Positions 54,301-64,000 of a stretch of 64,000 nucleotides of DNA are shown here, in pieces. The stretch lies in the NCBI RefSeq assembly GCF_036321535.1, contig NC_087447.1:50966001-51030000 (forward strand). Reading direction: 5' to 3'. The position numbers and the translations under genes are program-made. Under the pieces are notes generated by a model. The model was not told where the DNA came from and searched no databases. It saw nothing but the letters and a program-made list of their open reading frames with translations. This stretch comes from Camelus dromedarius (lineage: Eukaryota). Within the stretch, counting starts at the first letter, position 1. Every line of letters starts with the position of its first letter.

Positions 54301-54876
54301 TTCATCTGCTCTGGAAAACAGAATTTGTAAGTTGAGAGCAACAGAGGGATCTTTGAGGTAATCTAATTTTACTTTTTAGCCAATTCATCAATGATTCCTA
54401 TAATACCTCTTCAAGTGACAGGACATTCATTATAACTTCAGAGGATAAAATGAATGACCTTACATTAACAGAATCTGATCCCTTCAACAATTAGTCCTAA
54501 TCCTGATTTTGTAGACCCTACTAACCCAAAACAAGGCATTCTCTTCTAACTTCAGCTATTTGAAGACATATTCAGATAAGGCAAAGTGTATCACCCTCAT
54601 TTTATTGATGAAAAAACTCAAGCTCAGAAAGACAAACTGGCCCAAATTAAAAACACACCTCCATCACATGTCAGTTGAGTTGGTCTGACTAAATCACTTA
54701 CTTTCCATGAGCCTAATTAATTTCTCTGAGTCTGTAAAATGGGGATAACAGTCTTTGCCCTGAAAATCCCCCAAGGCCATATGAGAACAAACTGAATTTA
54801 TGTTATCATAATTAATAGTATGAGAAGAGGGGAACTAGAAAAAAGAAATACAGAACATTAAAAATATACTATGCCA

Positions 54877-55023
54877 GGTGGGGAAGGTATAGCTCAAGTG
54901 GTAGAGCACACGCTCAATGTGTACAAGGTCCTGGGTTCAATCCCCAGTACCTCCATTTAAAAAAAAAAAAAATTTTAAATAAACCTAATTACCTCCCCCA
55001 ACCAAAAAAATAAAAAATAGTAG
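54877..55023 (+). mobile_element. tRNA-derived SINE (camelid vic-1-like)
   Basis: GGGGAAGGTATAGCTCAAGTGGTAGAGC...GGTTCAATCCCC (A/B boxes), A-rich tail. Perfect 15-bp TSD AAATATACTATGCCA (54862-54876 / 55024-55038). Confidence 0.93.
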
Positions 55024-56517
55024 AAATATACTATGCCAAATATCCAGTTTTACCCAGAGTTGGCCCTGGTCTTCAACTTCTGGAAAACTAAAAACCCCTC
55101 ACATGTGTGCATGCACACACACATACATACATATTTGCACAAATTTATACACACGGAGGTAGCTGAAGGAACACACATCTACATATACCTATACATATGC
55201 ACACAATGTTATTCACTTATACACGCACAGATGAACATAACACAGTTACCTGAATGTGTATGTCTATACCCATATTCACTCATAACTACTTAAGTGGACT
55301 TTTAATTCCTAACATATGCAAACCCACAGAGCTATGTTTACATATACATGAACAGCACTTGTACATGTCTATACACGTCTATACACATAAAAACAGACTC
55401 TTCCAGACTTTGCTGCTGATGCTTTCAAAGCTTGCTTTTAATCTGATGTCTCTACGTAAACTCCTTAAAACACAAACCCTAATCTCCCGACTAGAAAACT
55501 TTCCTACCCAGCACCCGTAATCCCAATACCACCTTGGAATGAGCCAGTCCAATGCAAGAAGTGAGACAGACCCTGTGGGTGAGTCATCAGGAAGAAACTA
55601 TGCTAGGAACATGAATGACCTTCTCCTGGCACCACCGTGCAGCATGAGCAAGGCTGCAGTCTGTCATCCTCACCATCTGTGCCTTTTGCTATGAGCCAGA
55701 TACTTGCTGGAAAAGCATCCTTCAAAATTAGCCACTTCATCCTGGTCCTCAACAATACAGCTTCCTTCCCCAACAATACAGCTCTTTGAAAGAGACAGCA
55801 TGAACACCAGAAACAGCACTGGACTCAGCTAAAACAGCGGTTAAGAGATCACTAACTTAGCTACATTAGAAAAGCATTTTGGGCTCTAATGTCTGCAAAA
55901 CAAAAGGGGAACTGGAACTGGTATACACTAAGGATACTTCTTGCCCTAACATTCTAAGATGCCATATAAAAGGCAAGTTTAAAAAAATGTAGGCTCTCCT
56001 ATCCTAAGGAAAGAAAACTCTCTCTCCTATGGAAGGAGGTGCTCCAGAGTTATTAGAAGCAAGTGATAAACTCAAAAGGTACTGGTCTAGGAATTAGAAG
56101 ACCTGGATTCTAATCTCAATTCTGCTATTAAAAACACTCTGAAAAACATAGTCTCTTATAGACATACAGAGAGAGTAGATCTAAAGAACATTTATTATTA
56201 CCAGTCCATTTTTCATTTGACTGGTAAAAATTAGTTCATTGAGGAAGAAACTGGGCTTGCCTACTTAAAAGATAACACATTAAAGGTGTTATCACAGAAC
56301 TTACTGATAAGAAAATGATAATGATGGCTACATTTTTTGGTGCTATTTTACAACCTAGAAAGAAGCTCAGCTGCGAGCTCATTTATGCTCACTACAGCCT
56401 CTCAAGACAGGAATTATTACTCTTATTTTGAGGCTCAAGGGAATGAAGTGACTGAGGAACTAGAGCGTCAGAATCTAGATCTTCTAGCACACTACCTTTG
56501 AAAAACATGCTGTTTCA

Positions 56518-56571
56518 ACATTGTAAACTGACTATACTTCAATAAAAATATATATATATGAAAAAAAGACC
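56518..56571 (+). mobile_element. Extremely 5'-truncated young L1 (~50 bp)
   Basis: acattgtaaactgactatacttcaataaaaa(ta)n tail. TSD CATGCTGTTTCA (56506-56517 / 56572-56583). Confidence 0.85.
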
Positions 56572-57949
56572 CATGCTGTTTCAGAGTAAAGACTCAAGTT
56601 TGATGCAAAAAATCATCTTGGCTCTCAAATTTCAAAATTCCATCTTAGTTTAAGTGCCATCTCCACTCTTTCCAATACTTTCTTCCTTCACCCACATCAA
56701 TAGGCACGTGGAGCTTTTCTACCCAAATGAAAACCATTTTTTCCCTAGACTGTCCTGGACACAATCCCCATACCTGTAAAGCTCATGAACTTCCAGCCGT
56801 TGGAGGTCATCTTTGCATTATGAAATTCCAGTGCATCCAGAACAGCCTGAGGGTTTTTCTTCTGCTCTGACTTAGTGATATTTGATGTCTGAAGCAATCA
56901 GGCCCACTCTTCTGGCATCCCCTACGAGAGACATGCAAGGCAGTCAGCAAGGCACAGTCACAGGGGACCCTGGAGCAAACTCAAAACTAACTCACATAAC
57001 TGGCAGCAGCTAAAGATGAATTTAGTCATTCCTTTCTCTCGCTACCCACAGAGCTCCACACAAGCCTCTCTAATAATTCCTATCTTACTGTATCAGTCAT
57101 TTCTTGAGATGTTTGCTCCTTCACCAGGCTATTTCTCCTTTACAGCAGGAACCTTGTCTAAATTGTCTCCAGATCATCAATGCCCAGTACAGAGCCTGTG
57201 GCCAAGGGGCCACTTAAATGAGGTCTATTTACGGAATGGAGATCCAAAGTCTTTTCTGAAATATATAAGAAGATAATAATGAGGGTCTCAGGCAAAGACA
57301 GAGACATCAGGGAGACTAGAAAGGACTGAATCTAAGAGTGCACAGCCAGAACTCTGAAAGACCAAACCTGCCAGTGACAGCATCAAAACCAACGTGAACT
57401 GTGTTCTCAAATCTAAAGGAAGAGAAATTTCTGTCTGTTCCTTCTCCTTTTTGTTTGATGCAAGAGAAATAGGGAAAAGGAAATAAAAACAAGGACATTA
57501 TTACATTTTTAGGCTTATTCAGCTTTGTTGAGCTAGAAGCTCCTTTAGAGGCCAAGGACTCTATACATGTGTATTTACAGAGCCCAGTGTCAGCCCTAGA
57601 TTGGAATAGATACTCAATGCATGCTTAAAGGCTTAATTTTTCACTGATCAAAAATAAGGAAGGAGAAGAAAGAATATCCATCGGAGTTAACAGTCCTGCT
57701 TTTACCACTAATAAGTCAGCTGATCCAGGGCAAGTCACTTCCTTTTTTGAACCCTGGTTTCCTCATCTGCAAAATGAGAAGACTCAAGTAGATGGTCTAT
57801 AATGATGGTTCCAGCCCCAGACATCCTACATTCTATCATCTTCTATAAGCTGCATCCCACCTTTCTGGTCCTTGATTATGGGCCATTCTAAGTTTTCTAA
57901 ATTACAGCATTTTAGATTTAAAAGTTGTTCTAATAAAATGAATCACTAA

Positions 57950-58190
57950 TATTATACCAGGTGCTGACTAGACAATGATTCAAGTTGTTCACATGTATTA
58001 ATTTGCCTCAACCTCAAAGCAACTGTATCAGTTAGATGCTATCATCCTTATTATGCAGATAAAGAAACTGAGGCATACAGATTAAGTTACCTGCCAAAGA
58101 TCACATGATTGGTAATTGGCAGCAGCCAGACGCAAACCCAGGCAGTCTGGCCCGGAGCCTGAGCTCTAAACCACGATGCTATGCTGCCTC
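57950..58190 (-). mobile_element. MIR (one of many MIR/L2 remnants between 52.5 and 60.7 kb)
   Basis: 'gcagataaagaaactgaggc...aagttacctgccaaagatcaca...caaacccaggcagtctgg'. Confidence 0.8.
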
Positions 58191-58321
58191 CCTAGGCTAC
58201 AACCTAAGAGTCACTAAGTCCAAATACTTGCAGTCTTTCCTCTCCCATCAAGGGTCTTCTGTAAAGTAGATGTTCACTAAGGTCCTAATGACCTGGCAGG
58301 AAAAGCGTCAATTTAAGGAGT

Positions 58322-58768
58322 TGTAGTACTGAAGTACCCTGGTGTTCCCACCAGATTCATACGTCTTAACTCCCACTACCTCAGAATGTGACCTTATCTA
58401 GAAATAGGAACATTGCAGATGTAACTGGTTATTAGGTCATACTTGAGTAGAGTGGGCCCCTAATCTAATAAGACTGGTGTCCTTATTTTTTAAAAAAATT
58501 TGGAGACATATCACACAAGGAGAACACCACATGAAGGTAAAGGCAGAGATCAGAGTGATGCTTCTTCAAGCCAAGAAACACCAAAAATTGCCTGCAAATT
58601 ACCAGAAGCTCAGAGAGAGGTATGGAACAGATTCTTCTCACAGCCCTCAGAAGGAACCAACACTACAAACACCTTGATCTTGGACTTCTGGCCTCCAAAA
58701 CTGAAACAATAAACTTCTGTTAAGCCCCTTTTTGTGGTAATTTGTTGCAGCAGTTCTAGCTAATAAAA
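58322..58768 (+). mobile_element. MaLR LTR (MLT1C-like)
   Basis: 'cctcagaatgtgaccttat...aggcagagat..gagtgatgc...caagccaag...cagccctcagaaggaaccaac...ttggacttctggcctcca'. Confidence 0.85.
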
Positions 58769-59799
58769 CTCTCTTCCAATTAAAAAGTTTCAGGTTCTGC
58801 CTATTAGCTAGACCTCAACAGGCATCTGCAAATGCAACCCAGCTGAAACAGCCTTAAATACCTTTCAAGGCTCAGCCAGGTAATCTTTCTCCCTTGACGC
58901 GGACCTACAGACCCAGTATTTTAAACATTTGCAGAAACCCTTCCTCCAGCCAGGGTTCCTTCTCCTTCAGAGTCCTACGGAAGAGGTAGAAGATGAGTCC
59001 ATGTAGTCTAAACTCCTAAAGAACTCCCTACATCTCCTGGGGGATACTGGTTTCATAGGATAACTGCAAAAGCTACCATTTATTGAGCTCTTAGCACATG
59101 CTAGGCATGTGCTAAGAATTCTGTATGCATTATTTCACTAAATACTCATGCAACGCTGCAAAACAGATATTAATATCCCCACTTTATACATAAGGAAACG
59201 TTAAGTACTTCTTTTTAATAATTTGCTTGACCATTCCTGAATATCAAGTTTGACCTAGAAGTATCAGACTTTACCCATCTAGGCAAACCAAAATACCTTG
59301 GAGGCCTGTGAGTCAAGATCAGATTATCCCCTCTTTAAGGCAAGTGAGGGAGGAAAGCCCAGGAGCCCTGAGTCTCTGGTGGTCCCCAATATCAATTTCT
59401 CAAAAAACAAACAAACAAACAAACAAGCAAACAAAAAACCAGAGAAGTTATTCTCCATACTGTCATAATCATGGCACAAAATCCTTGGCTCCATGACAAG
59501 CTAAATATTTTCCCTCCTAGAAAAGCCCAGAAAAGGCTCAGTGTTGAAGACATGGAAGCCCAAAATTCACCTCTAAAAGAATTCACTGAGCAGTATCTGG
59601 GCTGGGGTCAGACAGCGGCTGAATGCCAGGCTTGAATGGGCCCATCCTTGGAGTTCATTTTAAAACTGCAGGCTGAAACCCATGGGCTAAAATTAGGCCC
59701 CCAAGTCCACAGTTAAGGCCCCAATGCCCGGAAAGAGCTGGACTACATTTATATGATCCACTTATTCTGCAACACTTGTTCTATTGCCTTTCCAGGTTG

Positions 59800-60250
59800 A
59801 CATGTCTGGGCCTCGCTACCGGAAGATTCCCGCAGGGCAAAAAAAGCATCAGTATGTCCCCCGCAGAGCCCATTAACAACTCCCGGGAAATACAAATACA
59901 GTCTGGGTAATAAAGTCTCACCTTTTTTTTCCCTTTGCGCTCCTTAGCCTAGCTTCACTCGCTCAGAGAGGGGTCCTGTGCGCAGAGGCCTCGAACCCAT
60001 CCGCTCAGACCAGAGCTCCTTGTGGGAAATGGCCGCTGCTCACACTGCAGCTTGGGGCCGTGTGCAGAGATGCCCCGCCCCGCACTGCGGCCTGGAACCC
60101 GAGCAGCCTGCCTGCGCCTGCGCCTGTGCCGCCCACGCCCGCCGCCCACGCCCACCGCGAGAACTCCGCCCCCTCCCCGCTAAGGAGCACCTTGTTAAAG
60201 CAGCCCTGCTGCCAGCCTCTCGGGGAAAGTGTGCACTCGAGGGTGTGAGC
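59800..60250 (-). promoter_or_regulatory. CpG-island promoter with candidate non-coding first exon ending at 59922
   Basis: GC/CpG-rich tract with GC boxes (60072-60081, ~60164-60174), NRF1-like TGCGCCTGCGC (~60113-60123), two EGR-like GCGTGGGCG, ETS-like CCGGAAG (~59819) and minus-strand donor AAG|gtgaga at 59922/59921. Confidence 0.65.
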
Positions 60251-60914
60251 TCACACCTCTCCATTCTTTGATCAAAGAATGAAACTTTCCTTGGCTTCTG
60301 AATCGAATTCAGTCTTGTTCTGTTGACTCCAACAACACCGGGCAGGAGGACCCTGACTGAAGCCTGACTAGAAAGGGTCAGTAACAGGTATACCCCATAG
60401 CACTTTAAAATAGATTTACATTCACAATAATTACCGTAATCACCTTCACTTGTATCATGCTCTTGTGTTTACAACACACTCCCATCTATATTAGTTCATT
60501 AGAACCTCAAAACAACTGTGTGAAGAGCAGGGCAGTGATTGTGGTGCCCATTTGACATAAGACAGAGGCTCCAGAAGGTAAGCAGCCTGCTCAATGCTAC
60601 AGAGTCAGTCAGAAGTAGACCTGGGGCAGGACCGAGGTCTTCAGACCCCCAGCCCCCGAACCTTCGTACTTATGCTGTCCCTTAGGGACAGCTGCTGCTC
60701 ATGAGGGTATCTCTCCTCTCCCAATGCATTCTAGTCTCCAAGTAATTACTGGTTTTTTTCTCTATACAGTGACCAAATTTATCCACTTTTCTCCATCACC
60801 ACCGCCTACATCTATTTCAGGCATTGTCATCTGTGGACTGAATCATTCTAACAGTAACCTGTCACCTGCATTCTAGTCCCCACCAATGCAAAGAGCTGCA
60901 GGTGACCTGTAGCC

Positions 60915-61066
60915 TGGCTTTTCAAAGCAGCATCAGGATCACTTGGGAGCCTGCTGGAAATGTAGAATCACAAGCTCCACCCCAGACCTACTGAATCAGA
61001 ATGTGAATTTTAGTAAGATCCCAAATGATTCACGTAACTTTTACATGTTATAAAAGTTTGAGAAGC
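60915..61066. mobile_element. MER5A-like hAT MITE
   Basis: 'gcagcatcag.atcacttgggagc...ccccagacctactgaatcagaa...aaagtttgagaagca'. Confidence 0.8.
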
Positions 61067-62515
61067 AAGAGAATGAGAAGAGAAGCCAGAGATAGGAAGA
61101 AAATATTTGCAAAAGATATTCAGTTGGCCCTCCATATCCATGGGTTCCTCATCCATGGATTCCTCATCCTTGGATTCAACCAACTGTGGATCAAAAATAT
61201 TCAAAAAATATTCCAGAAACTTTCAAAAAGCAAAAGTTGAATTTGCCACACCAACAACTACTTACATAGCATTTACACTGTATTAGGTATTATAAAGAAT
61301 CTAGAGATGATTAAAGTATACAGGAGGATGTGTGTAGCGTATATGCAAATATTATGTCATTTTATATAAGAGACTAGGGCATCCACAGATTTTGGCATCC
61401 GAGGGGGTCCTGGAACCAATGCCCCCTGGATACTAATGGAAGACTGTATCTGACAAAGGACTGTTATCTGAAATATACAAAGAACACTTAAAACTCAGCA
61501 ACAAGAAAACAAACAACCTGATTAATAAAATGGGCAAAAGACCAGAATAGAGACCTTACCAAAGAAGATATACAGTAGGAAAAGATGCTCAACATCATAT
61601 GTCATTAAGGAATTGCAAATTATAACAACGGCGAAATACGACTTCACACCTCTTACAATGGCCGACATCCAAAACTGACACCACCAAATGCTGACAAGGG
61701 TGTGGAACAACAAGAAGTTTCATTCATTGCTGATGGGAATGCAAAGTGATACAGACCCTTTGGAAGACAGATTGGCAGTTTCTTAAAAATTAAACATACT
61801 TTCACAATACAATCCAGTGATCATGTTCCTTGGTACTTACCCAAATGAGCTAAAAACAATGTTCACCAAAAACTCATACACAGATGATTATTCATAATTG
61901 TCAAAATTTGGAATAAGCCAAGCCAATGTCCTTCAGTAGGTGAATGAACAAATAAACTGTAGTACATCAGAATTGGGATATTATTCAGCAGTAAAAAAAG
62001 GAGCTATCAAGCTATAAAAAGACAATGAGAAATCTTAAATACACATTATTAAGTGAAAGAAACCAATTAGAAAAGTCTACATACTATATGATTCCAACTA
62101 TATGACATTCTGCAAAAGCCAAAACTATGGAGACAATATAAAGATCAGTGGTTTCCATGTGTCACGGGGAAAGGAGGGATGAATTGGTGGAGCAGTGAGG
62201 AATTTTAGGGCAGTGAAACTATTCTGTACAATACTACATTTGTGGACACTTGTCATTATATATTTGTCCAAATCCATGGAATGCACAAAGCCAAGAGTTA
62301 ACCCTAATGTGAAATATGGACTTAACTTGAATATGGTGTGTTTATGTAGGTGCACTGATTACAACAAATCTATCACCTGGATACAGGATGTTGGCTGTGG
62401 GGAAGGTCATGCATATGTGGGGGACAGAAGGATTATAGGATATCTGTACTTTCCACTTAATTTTGCTGTGAACCTAAAACTGCTCTTAAAAAATTAACTT
62501 TATTTTAAAATAAAT
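61067..62515 (+). mobile_element. L1MC-like 3' portion
   Basis: ORF2 end and L1MC-type 3'UTR (ttttagggcagtgaaactattctg...aaccctaatgt...ttttgctgtgaacctaaaactgctct). Confidence 0.85.
61121..61446. mobile_element. MER2/Tigger-type MITE nested in the L1
   Basis: Terminal inverted repeats cagttggccctccatatcca...ggatactaatggaagactg. The host L1 resumes at tatctgacaaagg. Confidence 0.85.
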
Positions 62516-63234
62516 ACATTGGGGGAGCTCTGCAGACTTTTATTCTCCCCTTCATCTCCCATTACTTATGCTTCATACACTCTACATCAACTACATGGAA
62601 CCAGGGATGGTTCACCAACAGAATGGGCTCTTTCACTCCTCTTCACATTGTTTCCCTTTGTCTATGAATCCCCTTCCCTTCCCTTGTTGCCTCACCACAC
62701 AAAGCCTTTTATTTATCCTTTTCAGGTCTCAGCTTAAAGGTCACCGCTTCTGTGAAGTCCTCCTTGATATCTAGGTTGGGCGGTTCTTAACCTTCTCCTC
62801 TGTTCCCACAGCACCATTCTACTAATTGTCTATTTTAAGGGTTTATCTTAACCAGACTGAGTTCTAAGTTCAGAGGCTATGTCCACTTTACCATGAATCC
62901 CCAATGGACAGCAAATGCCTGGCATAAAACAGGTGCTCAGACAGTGAGTGAAGAAAGGACTAAATGACCAGGCACTGAACTCAACCTGGCAAGGAGTCTA
63001 AGGAATCAGCATAAGACATGCAAAGTCTCTCCAGGGCAGGAATAAATGTTTCATTTTTACCAGCTTATTTGACCTGATGCACAATCCTGTTTTAAAACCT
63101 GATCTATGGGAGCTAAACACAGTGGTCAAAAGACATTTTGAAGTCCACATGCCCCCACAGACCCAGCACAGTCCTGATGAAAGTAATTACTAAAGAGTAT
63201 GTACTTATTTTTTTCCACCAAACAAGACCCTAAG

Positions 63235-64000
63235 TTTATTTATTTTTTTTTACTTAAAAAGATTTTATGCAATTTTTAAAGGTTACTTTCCATTTACAGT
63301 TATTGCAAAATATTGGCTATATTCAGTGTGTTGTATAATCCTTGAGCCTATTTTACACCCAATAGTTTGTACCTCCCACTCCCCACCCCTGTGTTTCCCC
63401 TCCTCCCCTCACTGGTAACCACAAGTTTTTTCTTTATATTTGTGAGTCTGCTTGTTTTTTTGTTATATTCATTATTTTTGTGTGTTTTTTATATTCCACA
63501 TTTAAGTGATATCATACTGGATTGTCTTTCTCTGTTTGACTTATTTCACTAAGCATCACACCCTCCAAGTCCACCCATGTTGCTGCAAATGGCAAAATTT
63601 CCTTTCTTTTTATGTCTGAGTAGTATTCCATTGTGTGTATATACCCCATCTTCTTTATCCATTCACCTGTTGATGGACACTTAGGTTGTTGTCATACCTC
63701 AGCAATTGTAAATGATGCTGATATGAATATTGGGGTGCACGTATCTTTTGGAAAGATTCTTTTGTTTCTTTCAGATATGTACTCAGGAGTGGAATTGCTG
63801 GGCCATATGGCAGCTTTATTTTTAGTTTTTTGTGAAACCTCCATACTATTTTCCACAGTAGCTGCACCAATTTACATTCCCACAAACAGTGTAGGAGGGT
63901 ACCCTTTTTTCCACATCCTCACCAACATTTGTTATTGGTAGGCTTTTTGATGATAGCCATTCTGACACATGTGAGGTGATATCTCATTGTGGTTAGGGTT
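63235..64000 (-). mobile_element. L1 3' end (minus strand), runs off window
   Basis: Poly(T) tail, reverse 3'UTR and ORF2 C-terminal peptide ([11 protein letters not shown]...). Confidence 0.9.

Noticed and set aside
54880..54955. tRNA-like sequence with A and B boxes (also 8720-8797)
   Set aside because: Has an A-rich tail and TSDs and no intact cloverleaf; it is a SINE, not a tRNA gene.
56197..56227. Short hairpin ttaccagtc...gactggtaa
   Set aside because: 9-bp stem only, with no TIR/TSD or miRNA-like structure.
59955..60271. Several overlapping ORFs in the GC-rich tract
   Set aside because: Low-complexity products expected from a stop-poor CpG island; no recognisable protein.

Overview
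Mammalian genomic DNA, probably camelid: it carries two tRNA-derived SINEs resembling the camelid vic-1 type and cetartiodactyl-type L1s. The window holds the 5' part of GDPD4 (GDE6, a multi-pass glycerophosphodiester phosphodiesterase) on the minus strand. I reconstructed nine GT-AG coding exons by hand (29626-29441, 26359-26256, 14763-14670, 12300-12241, 7901-7803, 7732-7639, 6819-6742, 5965-5820, 5362-5280). They join in phase into 944 nt of open frame running from the ATG to the GHRG...ExD start of the catalytic domain; the remaining exons lie beyond base 1. There are two candidate promoter/first-exon regions, at ~46.0 kb and in a CpG island at ~60 kb. Most of the rest is interspersed repeat: L1s, an ERV1-type provirus remnant with a nested solo LTR, MaLR LTRs, MIR/L2 and DNA transposons. 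The most unusual structures are (1) a 343-bp TSD-flanked mini-L1 made only of an L1 5' end fused to an L1 3' end, apparently at splice sites; (2) a near full-length L1 whose own 3' end is replaced by ~260 nt of foreign polyadenylated sequence inside the TSDs; and (3) a 41-bp perfect templated copy inserted into an L1 1.7 kb from its source. Repeat family names and homology statements are from memory, not from database searches. Most repeat boundaries are approximate.
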